Positions 25,346-38,942 of a stretch of DNA of 64,000 nt are shown one piece after another. The number at the start of each line of letters is the position of its first letter. Position 1 is the stretch's first letter. The stretch spans positions 35,960,001 through 36,024,000 of the forward strand of contig OZ024747.1 in the NCBI GenBank assembly GCA_964016885.1, written 5' to 3'. This stretch comes from Eledone cirrhosa (Eukaryota). The position numbers and the translations under genes were made by a program. The notes beneath the pieces are model-generated. The model worked only from the letters and a program-made list of their open reading frames with translations, was not told the DNA's origin and ran no database searches.

Positions 25346-28300
25346 AGTTGCATTTATCTTGCTTTATGTTCATACGAGTTATCACCAAGTCACAACCAGT
25401 GATGCATTCTGTGCATGGTTAAGAATGTTCAAATGTTTGTATCGAGCCTACGGATCTCTGTGCTTGACCAGTTGATGACATTGTAACTGTAGGTTACTAC
25501 TGGTATGGCAAGCGTGTTTATGGCATCGATCCTATTCCTTGCATTCAATTCCGTTCTTAAGATTGCTCTGACTCTGCGGTAACATTCCTTCCTTATCCTT
25601 TCCCTCATTGTCGAGTGCTTGATTCCGTCTCCTTCACAAACACCTAGATATTTGTAAGTTTTTCCTTGATCAAGTTCTCTTATCACGTTCCCCCTATCAA
25701 GATTAATGTCTGAACTCTTCAGCAGCTTTCCTCTGGTGAACGTTGCTTTGGCGCATTTATCTAGTCCAAACTCCATTTTAATGTAATCACTGAACTGCTC
25801 CACAGTGGATAATAGCGCTTGCAATTGTTCTTCATTTTTTTGCAAATTGTTTCAGGTCATCCATGTAGAACAAGTGATTAATGGTTTTGTCATAGACTTA
25901 TATTCATGTTTTGTTTCATTGAGCATTTTACTTAATGGTATAAGTTCGATGCAGAATAAAAGCGGTGATAAAGAGTCACCCTGAAAAATTCCACAATTAA
26001 TATTAACTTCTCCAGCTTCCAGTGATTTTGTTTCACTATTCAAAAAGAGTGTCGTTTTCCATATCTTCATACTGAATGACAAAAACCTCCTGACAACGGG
26101 GGATATTTTGAAAATCTCTAAACATGTTTCAATCCAACTGTGTGGCAAACTATCGAATGCTTTTTTATAATCTATCCAAGCAATCGATAGATTTTTGTGT
26201 CTATTATGACAATCTTCCAGTATCATTTTGTTAACCAAAAGCTGATCCTTACAGCCATATGAGCCTCGTTTACACCCTTTCTGCTCAATGGGAAATAGGT
26301 CATTTGTTATCAGGTGGTCATATGTGTATTCAGTTAGGACTGATGTTAAAATTTTATACATTGTGGTCAAGCAAGTATCGGTCTGTAATTTTTGGGATTG
26401 TTTGTCTCATCATTCTTCGGAAGCAGGAATGTAATGCCTTTAACTAGCCATGATGGTATCTTTTCTGACTCCTTAACTATTTCATTGTAAAGTTGGGCTA
26501 ATAGCTCATGAGACTCTGTGAAGGCATTTACCCAAAAATTTTGTATTTTGTCTTTTCCTGGGGATTTCCATTTGCTGGTTTTTCTTAGAGCCAAGCGCAA
26601 CTGTTCAACTGTTATATTTTCCCATATTTGTTCCTCAAGGTGAGCTGTATCTTTCATTTGTTTGTCTATCCATGGGGCATGTATGTTATGAACTTTTTCT
26701 TCGGCCCAGATCTTTTCCCAGAATTCTTGCACTTCCTCCTTGGGTGGTATTGATTTAGCAGTTATTGTTGACTTACCAATTTTTCTGTAGAAGTTTCTTT
26801 GGTTGTTTTTGAACATATTATTGTCCTTATAAAATCTAGATCGTTTTTCAAAGCGCCTTATACGAGCAGCTTTGGCCGACACTTTTTGCTTGATTATTTC
26901 TATCAGCATGTCTATGTCACTTGTTGATTTTATACTGTACTTTCTTTTCAATTTTCTAAGTTTTGTTTGTTTAACATGTTCACCTACTTTATAGTTTGTT
27001 AAAATTTCTATGTCAGATCGGAGAAGGTTTATTTGGCGATTGATGTTCTCTTGCCAAGTAGATTTCTTGTGGGAATTCCTTTGTTTTTTCATCTTCACTC
27101 CACATAAGTGAGTGGTGACTTTAGCCGATGCATAAGCATAATAGAGATGATTTAAATCAATAATATTTAGTTTGTTTGTGATGATAATGTTTTTGAGAAT
27201 TATGTTAGTCTTGTGTATTATCTTTTGGTTCTGTTTGGAGTTCTGGATCTTAGGGAGGGTGTCTCGTTGCCCCATGTCAGATTCTTTCATTTTCATCCAT
27301 TCGATCATAATTTCATCCTTCAAGATGGCAAGTTCATTCTCATTCATTTCTTTATCATTTTCGATCTCATTATTTTCATTTGGATTTTCATCTTGAGCAT
27401 GCACTCCCTCGACTTTTTCGATCTTTTCTTTAATTTGTTCTGTTGCCAGTGATTCCGCCCCAACACTGGGATTCGAAGTGTTACAATTTACCTCGTTTTC
27501 ACTGACACATGTTTCATTTTCCCTTCGCTGACTTTGTGCTAATAGCTTGATCTGATCAATTTCTATATCAGTTAGTAACTTTTTTCTTACAATATTTCTT
27601 CGTATATTGGCTAGTTTGTTACTGTCAATATAGCCTCTGTTTTCGGGATGTTTCTTTTTCCTGTTGATATATGTCTGTTCTGTATTCGATGTATTTGATG
27701 GGTAGTACATGGCAGTGTAGAAAGCCTAAAGGACTTCTTTATTATCTTCAAATGATCATTTTTCTCTCTTTTTCTTTGGATTTTTTGGTGGTGAGAATGG
27801 AGGGCCAACAGTAGGAGTATTCCGTTTATGGGAGGTCTCCAGCTCCGAAGTGATGGGAAGCTTTGAACCATTGGCTGATTTTTCGACCCCAGTCTGGTTC
27901 TTCTCTGAGGGACCCGGCCCTTTTTTACCCGGGTGACGGCCGATCCGGTATGAGATTTTATCATTAGACATTTACTTTATTTTGTCACGTTTTATCCTTA
28001 TCCGCCAAGGAGTAATCATTTCTTGTTACCACTTCTAGAACGAGTGTCAACCAAGACTAGAGGGGTCGTTCTCCCCTAGAGACATGACTATTCCCCGCCG
28101 GCCGCCATACCGGTATTTCTTGGTACGGGGTTTTCTTTTTTCTTTTTTTTTTTAAATTGTTATTATCATGAGTGGTTCCATAATGTGAGCATTGCGTGGC
28201 TTAAGAATGAAATTATTAATAATTGTCTCCACTCCAGGGACAAGGCCAGCAATCACCCAGTGCATTACAATAATATAATATAGTTTTTGCTGAAGTTGCC

Positions 28301-29170
28301 TGTTATTGTTGTTGGCTATGTTGGTGGTGGTGCTGGGGCTTTTTATATTGTTGGTGAGGAAGGGGGGAGCCAGCAGTGCCGTAGTTGTTGACGTTTGGCC
28401 GGTGGCCAGGTCACTAAGTCAATCTATTTATATATTTTGCTAGCCTCTCCCTTGTCTAGTGATACCGCCACCTTCCCCTTTCTTGAGTTAACAGGGGAAT
28501 AGTGGTGGTAGCAATGAAGGAGTGGTTGCGGCGGTGATGGGATAGTGGTAGCAATGATGGATGGAGTGGTGGCGGCGGTGGCGTTGTCGTTACTGAGTTT
28601 TGTGATATGTAGTATCTATGAGTTTGTGTCACGTATGTTTAATATATGTGTTAAATAGACTAATTTTGTTTGATATGTAGTATCTATGCGCTTGTGTCGC
28701 GTATGTTGAATATATATTGTGTTGTCATATTCCCGTCAAATTGGAATTAAACAGTTTGTTAAAACTTGAGACAATAATAATAGTAATTATTATAATGATG
28801 CTGGGATTGGTGGTGGTGAATTTGCCGTTATCTGGCTGTTATATTTAGTGTGATGGGGTAGGTGGTGTATCAAGTTTCTGATGTTGGTGAAATTGCTGTT
28901 ATTTGGCAGTTCTACATAGTGTAGACAGAGGGTGTTTTCTTCCATTTATAACCATTTTCTTTTTTGAATACAAAATATATAATACAAAATTGAATATTTG
29001 AGTGATATAACAATATAATATGGATCCGAAAGTTTATGAGACTTGCTTCGGTGGTTTATGCATCATTTGTACTAAGAATGGTTATTTCACAATTGATTTA
29101 AATATGTTAAAAATCAAAATCTTACGGGAGCGATTCCATAACCTTCTACCACCACGTGCGTCTTCTTCCC
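25344..29170 (-). mobile_element. R4/Dong-type family B, copy B3 (complete 5' end, ~1.17-kb deletion of ZnF+RLE region, frameshifts)
   Basis: Colinear with B4 except for the junction CAACCAGTGA|TGCATTC at about 25402. Confidence 0.93.
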
Positions 29171-29234
<64 letters not shown>

Positions 29235-29235
<1 letters not shown>

Positions 29236-32200
29236 TGCATTTATCTTGCTTTATGTTTATACGAGTTATCACCAAGTCACAACCAGTGACCTAAAGAGAC
29301 AACAAGGTCCGCCATGTTCAAGAAAGAACATACATATTCACACATGCATCCTTAGTGTTTAGACTTGTGATGTACTTATATTGACAGGATCTTCCTTAGT
29401 ATATGGGCAGTTCCCATTAGTACTATCTTTTGTATTTCTCCTATACGCGGGTTTCCTGGGATTTGCGATAAGTAGTCGTTAGACCCCTTAGGTATCATTC
29501 CCAGAGCGCCTACAACCACTGGTATTGTTTTAGTTCTCAATTTCCACATTTTTCCAATTTCTATCTCCAGGTCCTTATACTTGCTCAATTTTTCAAATGT
29601 TTTTATAGATACATTCTTGTCTATTGGAACAGACATATCAATTAGCAGGCATACCCTCCTTTGAAACTCCTTCAATATATATCAGGTCTATTTGCATCTA
29701 TTTTTCGGTCTGTTTGGATGCTAAAGTTCCACAAGATTGAGATGTGATCTTTTTCAAGTATGGGAGGTGGTTGATGCTCCCACCAATTCTTTTGATGGGG
29801 CAGGTCAAAATGCTTACACATTATCCAATGTATGTATTGTGCAGCTCTGTCATGCCTGTTTAGGTATTCGGTTGGAGCTATAGGACTGCACGTTGAAATT
29901 ATATGGTCAATGGTCTCTGGTTGTTTTTTGAATACACGGCATAATGGATTGCACCCATTTTTTATTATGTTGGCTTGGTAATTTTTTGTTGGCAGACACT
30001 GATCTTGTGCGGATATAATCAGTCCTTCAGTCTCCGATTTCAGTCCAGAGGATGCCAACCACTGATGGGTTAAAGTTTTGTCAACATCAGGATTGATAGC
30101 TCTTTCTGGGTATTTTCCATACAGAGGCTTTTCTTGCCATTTCTTAGCCAGTTTCTGTAGCAGTTCTTTCTTTGCAGTTACTTTTACCTGCTTTGCTTTT
30201 TCTGTGTTTTCGATTTCAGCAGTAAATGGGACTTCTGAAATTTGTAGTCCATTACTGTATCTTTGTGCATCTTTTGTAATGGAATATGATCTTTTGGTGC
30301 TTTCGTGTTTCAAAACGAGTTTGATCATCCAATCATGTGATTCCCTTAGATATGTGGATAATCCAATTGTTGCAGTTTTCAACGCAATGTCTAACTGGAT
30401 TAACCCACGTCCTCCTTCTTTCCTAGGGAGATATATTCTATCTATGTCTGCCTTAGGGTGATGCATTCTATGCATGGTTAAGAATTTTCGGATTTTTGTA
30501 TCGAGCCTACGGATCTCTGTGCTTGACCAGTTGATGACATTGTAACTGTAGGTTACTACTGGTATGGCAAGCGTGTTTATGGCATCGATCCTATTCCTTG
30601 CATTCAATTCCGTTCTTAAGACTGCTCTGACTCTGCGGTAACATTCCTTCCTTATCCTTTCCCTCATTGTCGAGTGCTTGATTCCGTCTCCTTCACAAAC
30701 ACCTAGATATTTGTAAGTTTGTTCTTGATCAAGCTCTCTTATCACGTTCCCCCGATCAAGATTAATGTCTGAACTCTTCAGCAGCTTTCCTCTGGTGAAC
30801 GTTGCTTTGGCGCATTTATCCAGTCCAAACTCCATTTTAATGTCATCACTGAACTGCTTCACAGTGGATAATAGCCCTTGCAATTGTTCATCATTTTTTG
30901 CAAATAGTTTCAGGTCATCCATGTAGAACAGGTGATTAATGGTTTTGTCATAGACTCTATATCCATGTTTTGTTTCATTGAACATTTTACTTAATGGTAT
31001 ATGTGCGATGCAGAATAAAAGCGGTGATAAAGAGTCACCCTGAAAAATTCCACAATTAATGTTAACTTCTCCAGCTTCCAGTGATTTTGTTTCACTATTC
31101 AAAAGGAGTGTCGTTCTCCATGTCCTCATACTGAATGACAAAAACCTCCTGACAACGGGGGATATTTTGAAAATCTCTAAACATTTTTCAATCCAACTGT
31201 GTGGCAAACTATCGAATGCTTTTTTATAATCTATCCAAGCAATCGATAGATTTTTGTGTCTATTATGACAATCTTCCAGTATCATTTTGTTAACCAGAAG
31301 CTGATCCTTACAGCCATATGAGCCTCGTTTACACCCTTTCTGCTCAATGGGAAATAGGTCATTTGTTATCAGGTGGTCATATGTGTATTCAGTTAGGACT
31401 GATGTTAAAATTTTATACATTGTGGTCAAGCAGGTTATCGGTCTGTAATTTTTGGGATTGTTTGTCTCATCATTCTTCGGTAGCAGGAATGTAATGCCGT
31501 TAACTAGCCATGATGGTATCTTTTCTGGCTCCTTAACTATTTCATTGTAAAGTTGGGCTAACAGCTCATGAGACTCTGTGAAGGCATTTATCCAAAAGTT
31601 TTGTATTTTGTCTTTTCCTGGGGATTTCCATTTGCTGGTTTTTCTTAGAGCCAAGCGCAACTGTTCAACTGTTATATTTTCCCATGTTTGTTCTTCAAGG
31701 TGAGCTGTTGCTTTCATTTGTCTGTCTATCCATGGGGCATGTATGTTATGAACTTTTTCTTCGGCCCAGATCTTTTCCCAGAATTCTTGCACTTCCTCCT
31801 TGGGTGGTATTGATTTAGCAGTTATTGTTGACTTACCAATTTTTCTGTAGAAGTTTCTTTGGTTGTTTTTGAACATATTATTGTCCGTATAGAATCTAGA
31901 TCGTTTTTCAAAGCGCCTTATGCGAGCAGCTTTGGCCGACACTTTTTGCTTGATTGTTTCTATCAGCATGTCTATGTCACATGTTGATCTTATACTGTAC
32001 TTTTTTTTCAATTTTCTAAGTTTAGTTTGTTTAACATGTTCACCTACTTTATAGTTTGTTAACATTTCTATGTCAGATCGGAGAAGGTTTATTTGGCGAT
32101 TGATGTTATCTTGCCAAGTAGATTTCTTGTGGGAATCCCTTTGTTTTTTCATCTTCACTCCACATAAGTGAGTGGTGACTTTAGCCGATGCATAATAGAG

Positions 32201-34121
32201 ATGATTTAAGTCAGTAATGTTTAGTTTGTTTGTGATGATAATGTTTTTGAGAATTATGTTAGTCTTGTGTATTATCTTTTGGTTCTGTTTGGAGTTCTGG
32301 ATCTTAGGGAGGGTGTCTCGTTCCCCCATGTCAGATTCTTTCATTTTCATCCATTCGATCATAATTTCATCCTTCAAGTTGGCAAGTTCATTCTCATTCA
32401 TTTCTTTATCATTTACCATCTCATTATTTTCATTTGGAGTTTCATCCTGAGCATGCACTCCCTCCACTTTTTCGCTCCTTTCTTTAATTTGTTCTGTTGC
32501 CAGTGATTCCGCCCCAACCCTGGGATTCGAAGTGTTACAGTTTACCTCGTTTTCACTGACACATGCTTCATTTTCCCTTCGCTGACTTTGTGCTACTAGC
32601 TTGATCTGATAAATTTCTATATCAGTTAGTAACTTTTTTCTTACAATATTTCTTCGTATATTGGCAAGTTTGTTACTGTCAATATAGCCTCTGTTTTCGG
32701 GATGTTTCTTTTTCCAGTTGATATATGTTTGTTCTGTATTCGATGTATTTGATGGGTAGTACATGGCAGTGTAGAAAGCCTCAAGGACTTCTTTATTATC
32801 TTCCCTTGACCATTTTTCTCTCTTTTTCTTTGGATTTCTTGGTGGTGAGCATGGAGGGCCAACAGTAGGAGTATTCCGGTTATGGGAGGTCTCCAGCTCC
32901 GAAGTGATGGGAAGTTTTGAACCATTAGCTGATTTTTCGACCCCAGTCTGGTTCCTCTCTGAGGGACGCGGCCCTTTTTTACCCGGGTGACGGCCGATCC
33001 GGTATGAGATTTCATCATTAGACATCTACTTTATTTTGTCGCGTTTTATCCTTATCCGCCAAGGGGTAATAATTTCGTGTTACCACTTCTAGAACGAGTG
33101 TCAACCAATACTAGAGGGGTCGTTCTCCCCTAGAGACATGACTATTCCCCGCCGGCCGCCATCCCGTTATTTCTTGGTCACGGGGTTTTCTTTTTGTTGT
33201 TTTTTTTAAATTGTTATTATCATGAGTGGTTCCTTAATGTGAGCATTGCGTGGCTTAAGAATGAAATTATTAATAATTGTCTCCACTCCAGGCCAGCAAT
33301 CACCCAGTGCATTACAATAATATAATATACTTTTTGTTGTAGTTGGCTGTTATTGCTGCTGGCTATGTCGGTGGTGGTGCCGGGGCTTTTTATATTGTTG
33401 GTGAGGAAGGGGTGAGCCAGCAGTCCCATAATTGTTGATGTAGACGTTTGTCCGTGGCAAGGTCACCAAGTCAATCTATTTATATATTTTGCTAGCCTCT
33501 CTCTTGTCTAGTGCTACCGCCACCTTCCCTTTTCTCTCTCAAGTTAACAGGGGAATAGTGTCAGTAGCATTGAATGAGTGGTGGCGGCGATGATGGATGT
33601 GGTGGAGTGATGGCAGCGGTGGTGTTGTGGTTACTGATATAGTATCTATGAGTTTGTGTTCGTATGTTTAATATATATTTTCATTATATTTTGTGTTGAC
33701 ATATTCCCGTAAAATTTGAATTAAACATTTTTTAAAATTTGAGACAATAATAATAGTAATTATTAATATGATGCCGGTGAAGTTGCCGTTATATTTAGTG
33801 TGATGGGATAGGTAGAGTATCAAGTTTCTGGTGTTGGTGAAATTGAAATTGCCGCTGTTCTATATAGTGTAGACAGAGGGTGTTTTGTTCCATTTATAAC
33901 CATTTTCTTTTTTTGAATACAAAATATATAATACAAAATTGAATATTTGAGCGATACAACAATATAATATGGATCCGAAACTTTATGGGACCTCATTCGG
34001 TGCCTTTATGCAACATTTGTGCTAAGAATTGTTCTTTCACAATTGATTTAAATATGTTAAAAATCAAAAAACTTACGGGACCAATTTCGTGACGTTCTAC
34101 CACCTCGTGCGTCTTCTTCCC
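29235..34121 (-). mobile_element. R4/Dong-type family B, copy B4, full length
   Basis: About 1.1-kb 5' UTR shared with B3, single long ORF, short 3' UTR, (ATT)n on both sides. Confidence 0.95.
29376..33025 (-). CDS. Family B polyprotein (Myb-like N-terminus, RT, CCHC-type motif, RLE); one frameshift near 29675
   Basis: 1117-aa ORF plus 99-aa continuation. KWSREDNKEVLEAFY, QGDSLSP, FYMDD, RHD, RPDI, DMSVP, KLSKYKDL. Confidence 0.9.
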
Positions 34122-34359
34122 TTCTTCTTATTATTATTATTATTGAATGCCATGGTTGACGGAGGCTCGGCTCTGTAAGGTATAGTAATTTTTAACCGTT
34201 AAAACAATTGTAAATTGTTTAAAACTTGAACCAAATTGTTGATAAAGACACCCTCCTCCTCGTGAGAGGGGTCTTTCTGTCCGTTATTTGGCCCTTCGGG
34301 GTTAAATAGCCAGTTATTTGGGTTTTGTATCCAAAATTTCATTTTAAACAAAAAACAAC

Positions 34360-36456
34360 ATGGCTACGAAAAAGAAATTTCATACGTCACTCCCACTCAT
34401 TCCGTCTTCTTCTTCCTCAATCACCACTACAGCAGAGAGAAGATTGTCTCTCTCCCTCCCTTCTTTAAATGTGTCTCTCTCCCTCCCTTCTCTTTCGCAA
34501 GCGACGAAAGAAAAGAAAAGTCTCGTGCAAAGCGTGCAAGGTTTCTCCACGACGACGACGACAGCGACGAAACAGGTGTGCGGGAAATACGAAAACCCAG
34601 TTCATTCGTCTGACGTCAGGAATAATAGCAGTAGCAGCCGTAATAACAACAGCAACAGTGACAATGAAAACAACAGTAGCAGCCGCAACAGCATCACCAG
34701 CAGCATAAACAACAACAGCATTAGCAGCAGCAACACCAACAACAACCACAGCAACAGCGGCGGAGGCAGTAGTCGTAGTACCTGCAGCAACAACAAAAGT
34801 ACCAGCAGCTCTGACGACAACAACAACAGCAGAGAAAAACCAATCTCATTTGCAGGTATTGCGAAAAACTTGGAAACAATCCTCATAACAAATGAGGAAT
34901 TAGAGGAAGCGAAGAAGATGGTGACAAAGAAAGGACACCGAGCAATCTGCAAGGCAGCGAAAAATTTTTTCGAAACCCAAGAGCACTGTACGGTCACGTA
35001 CCGTACAGTAAGTACAAAATCCCGTAGGGTGGAAAGAGCCACAGAGGCCCAAATACAAAAAGCCTTGGGGTCTGTGTGGCAGCGGAAAACGCACATCACC
35101 CGAGGCAAAAAATATGCCACCGTAGACGTACTTTTTGCCACACCCCAGAAGGCAAAGGCCCAATCAGTAGTGACCCTAAGGAGCGAGGAAATAGTGTTGG
35201 TGCCCTCCTACTGTGGGCAAAAAATTGTGAGGGTCAAACTGACCCACGTCCCCCCCGGAATGACCCCTTCTTGGCTGGCCGCGTCTGTCCTCGTCGGAAT
35301 CGAGGACAAAACAACTGTACTGCAAGTACAGAAAAAAGTAAGAGAAGATTGGGTCGGCTCCTCCATTGAGATGCTAATCCAAACCAACCAGGAGTGCATC
35401 GAAGCTATCCCGGATGTGATAGACTTCGATAACGGCACTCAACTGCCCATAAGTGTTGAGGGCAAACGCCCGAAATGCTTTCGCTGTGGATCGAAGACTC
35501 ACCTCAGGGCCTTCTGCAACGAGAAGACCCTGAGAAAGGAGAAAACCCCCCTCCTTCCGAATCCGGCTCCACGGCTACCAGCAACAGGACAAGCGGCAAC
35601 CAGGAACGATAGGCCCGTGGCACCCATACCCACTCCACGGAAATCAAAAACAGCAGCAGCAGTGGAAATACTAACAACAACAACAGCAATACCAAATGCA
35701 GCTGCAACAGAGACTCCAGTGCAAACATCACCAACAACAACAAGTGAAAGAGTGGAGTTGGTACCCCTCCCCGACCTCACAGAATCAGACATGGAGTGTG
35801 AGGTGGGAGAGAAATGGCAAAAGATCGTAAGAAGGCACAAACGCAGAAGCAGCGCATCGTCGCCTTTGAAAAGGGAGGAAAGAAATGAGAAAAGGGTAAA
35901 GTCTACTGCAAAGAGACCCACAGCAGCAACAACACCAACACCATCACCACCCACACTAGCGCCACCATCACCACCGGCGACAACCCCACCGCCAACAACA
36001 CCTTCAACACCACCACCACAAGCACCAACATCGCAAACACAACAACAAAACACACACACCCAGCAACAACGACAAGAAAATAGCAGAACCACACCCCACC
36101 CCCAGAAAAACAAATGCACGGCAATAAATACACACAACAAGAAACTAATGACTTACATAATTGAACACACAGACATTTCACAACAGGACTACATAATACC
36201 AGCACCAATCAAAACGCCAACTAACATAAGACTGCTAAAAATAGCACAGAAACAATACACAAATATTAAAACGAAATTCCCCAACGCAGTTGGTGATTTC
36301 AGGGACCTAGGAGGAACCATCAATCGAAGAGTATACTCAGACATTCTCTTAGAAGAGCCGACGACCAGCCGAAGGGACGATTCAACGGTCCCTTCACCAG
36401 ACGATCAAGTGAAAAGGGATGTAAAAACCATCCCTCCTCTACCAAAAGTACGGTAA
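34360..36456 (+). CDS. T2 ORF1 protein, intact 698 aa (Asn/Ser-rich, RRM-like, CCHC knuckle, Thr/Pro-rich)
   Basis: Uninterrupted ORF with RGKKYATVDVLFATP and CFRCGSKTHLRAFC. Confidence 0.9.
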   Translation: MATKKKFHTSLPLIPSSSSSITTTAERRLSLSLPSLNVSLSLPSLSQATKEKKSLVQSVQGFSTTTTTATKQVCGKYENPVHSSDVRNNSSSSRNNNSNSDNENNSSSRNSITSSINNNSISSSNTNNNHSNSGGGSSRSTCSNNKSTSSSDDNNNSREKPISFAGIAKNLETILITNEELEEAKKMVTKKGHRAICKAAKNFFETQEHCTVTYRTVSTKSRRVERATEAQIQKALGSVWQRKTHITRGKKYATVDVLFATPQKAKAQSVVTLRSEEIVLVPSYCGQKIVRVKLTHVPPGMTPSWLAASVLVGIEDKTTVLQVQKKVREDWVGSSIEMLIQTNQECIEAIPDVIDFDNGTQLPISVEGKRPKCFRCGSKTHLRAFCNEKTLRKEKTPLLPNPAPRLPATGQAATRNDRPVAPIPTPRKSKTAAAVEILTTTTAIPNAAATETPVQTSPTTTSERVELVPLPDLTESDMECEVGEKWQKIVRRHKRRSSASSPLKREERNEKRVKSTAKRPTAATTPTPSPPTLAPPSPPATTPPPTTPSTPPPQAPTSQTQQQNTHTQQQRQENSRTTPHPQKNKCTAINTHNKKLMTYIIEHTDISQQDYIIPAPIKTPTNIRLLKIAQKQYTNIKTKFPNAVGDFRDLGGTINRRVYSDILLEEPTTSRRDDSTVPSPDDQVKRDVKTIPPLPKVR

Positions 36457-36490
36457 GTGGTCTTTCCCATCTTTTACACTCTATTTTAAA

Positions 36491-38942
36491 CGACCGACGT
36501 GCTTGCGGCGAAATTGGCCCTTGACCAATTCTTCAATGCAAAGCACGAAGGCTGCGTTGTCAGAGCAAGGGTGCGTGCTCTCAGACACGAGGGGACGAAA
36601 GCCGTTCAATGGGCCCGAGTGGCGGAGGCGCGTCGTGGCAACAAAGCCACGATCCGGTCTTTGGTGGACCACGACGGGCGCATGCTACTCGATCCCGGGC
36701 AAATGTGTGAAGCTTTTCAGCGACACTTCGCTCAGCTGTTCGGGGGCAGCAGTGGGCCGGGTAGAGGGATGGACTTTAGTGTCTACCTCGACGGACTGCC
36801 GCGGCTCTCGGCCACTGAGGCGAAGTGTTGCGAAAAGCCGATAACAGCCGCTGAAATAAGGGAGGCAATGACTGGCTGCACAAGGGGTAAATCGCCTGGT
36901 TTGGATGGTCTGCCCTATGAACTTTACGTACAGATGCCAGACTTGTTCGGAGGCCTCTTGGCGGACGTCTACTGCAACTGGCAACAGAACGGGAGAATTC
37001 CCAGTTCTGTGAGCCGAGGAGCGGTGGCACTGCTGAGAAAGGATCCGAACAAGGGGGATAACATAGACAATTTCCGGCCCATAACTCTGCTAAACACAGA
37101 GTTTAAGATTTTGGCCAAGGTGCTAGCAAAGAGGTTGGCGCTTGTCGTTGGTGGTCTGGTGGGAGAGGCGCAGACATGCGCCATTCCCGACAGATCCATC
37201 CACGACAACCTCCACCTCATGCGATACATCGTAGAGAGGGTAGCTAGGGAACCTGGCACGGGTGGGTCCTTGATCAATTTAGATCAGTCGAAAGCTTTCG
37301 ATAGGGTCGACCATCGTTACCTAGCGGCAGTCCTGAGGGCGGCTGGCTTTGGGCCCGTCTTCAGAGGCTGGATCGCTGCCATGCACAGCGACATCTGCTC
37401 TGTGGTGAGAGTGAACGGTCACCTGTCGGAACCGTTCAACATCATGCGCTCGGTCCGCCAAGGATGTCCCCTCTCGTCCCTCTTGTACGTATTGACTCTC
37501 GAGCCATTACTGCACAAACTGGAGACGTTGAGGGGGGTCCCGCGCGAACTAGGATGCGGAAGATCCGTATCAGCATATGCGGACGATGTCACCGTAGTGG
37601 TGTCGAACGCCAAACACATCGAGGCGATCGGCACTACACTAAGAGAATACGAAGCGGTGACAGGAGCAATGATCAACCAGGAAAAGTCAGTGGGCCTGCA
37701 GCTCGGCACCTGGAGAGGCAGGTCCATGCCGTCCAACAGCGTCGTCGGACGCTGGACAGACGGACCGGTTAAATTGCTAGGGGTCTGGTTCGGTCCGGAC
37801 CTCCAGACGGACAAAAACTGGGACGAGGTGACGAGCAGGGTGGCTTCTCTCACCCAGAAATGGGCGGAGAGGAAGCTATCCCTGAAAGGTCGAGCGGAGG
37901 TGGCTAACGCGTACATCGCGTCTGTCATCTGCTACCGCCTAACCGTTGTACCTTGTCCTAAGCCTCGCCTGACTGCGCTGGAGCGTTTGCTCTTTCGCTT
38001 TTTGTGGAAGGGACGTGCTCCGATGGTCAGGCGGTCCATCTGTTGTCAACACCCGCTACGTGGAGGGCTGGGCATGCCGTGGCTGATGATGCGCAGGCAC
38101 GCGCTCAGGCTACGACATCTCCACCTCTTCCTCGACGGTGATCAGGTGTGGTCGCCGTTTGCTAGACGCGTTTTTCCCCAGCTCGTTTCCTTGACGGAGC
38201 TGCAGTCCTGGGTCAAGCGAAGACCGAGAGGGAGCGCCTGGAGACTGGAATGTCTTCAGGCGCTCACAGCCCTCGACCAATCGGGCAATGTGATCGGTGG
38301 AAACTCCACCTCGGCGTTCTATAGAGGATTAGTGGAGGGGAAGAGCGACGACGTACTTGGGGAAACTCTAGGCGTCGACGAAAATCAACTAGCCAATCTC
38401 TTCGGAAGAACTTTCGGGCCGGGCCTATGGACAACTTCCAGAAATCTCTGGCCTGGCAGTGCTACCGAGGAGCCTTGCCAGTTCGGGATAAACTCTACAG
38501 GCATGGAGGTGCCGTCAGCCGGGCATGTCCGAGATGCGCGCAGGGCGACGAAACCGTCCTGCACGCACTCGTCCAGTGTCCGAAAATTGCTGACTTGTGG
38601 GTTTATGTCGAACACCTGCTGTCGCGTTTAGGACGGATCCGGCTATCATCTGAGTCCATCGTGAGGATTGCCCCGCCCTCCTCCTTTAGCCGGGAAGGGC
38701 AGGCAGTTTTTATCTGCCTGGTGGCCATGGCGAAAGAGATAGTATGGTGGACACGTTTGAAAGGGCTGAAGACGAGCACTTACCTCTTCGGTGATGCTCT
38801 GATTGACTTTTTCAAATTTCATTTGAAAAGGAAAATCAGAGTAGAGAGGGAAGTGCTCTCTTCCCAGCATTTTGTTGAAAGATGGGTGAGAGAAGCAAGA
38901 ATGGCCCGAGTGAATGGGCCTACTCTGAGCATATATCTGTAA
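36491..38942 (+). pseudogene. T2 ORF2 remainder (RT and C-terminus, no APE; one frameshift near 38420)
   Basis: ORFs 36499-38631 and 38427-38942; AYADD and CPRC motifs. Confidence 0.92.
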
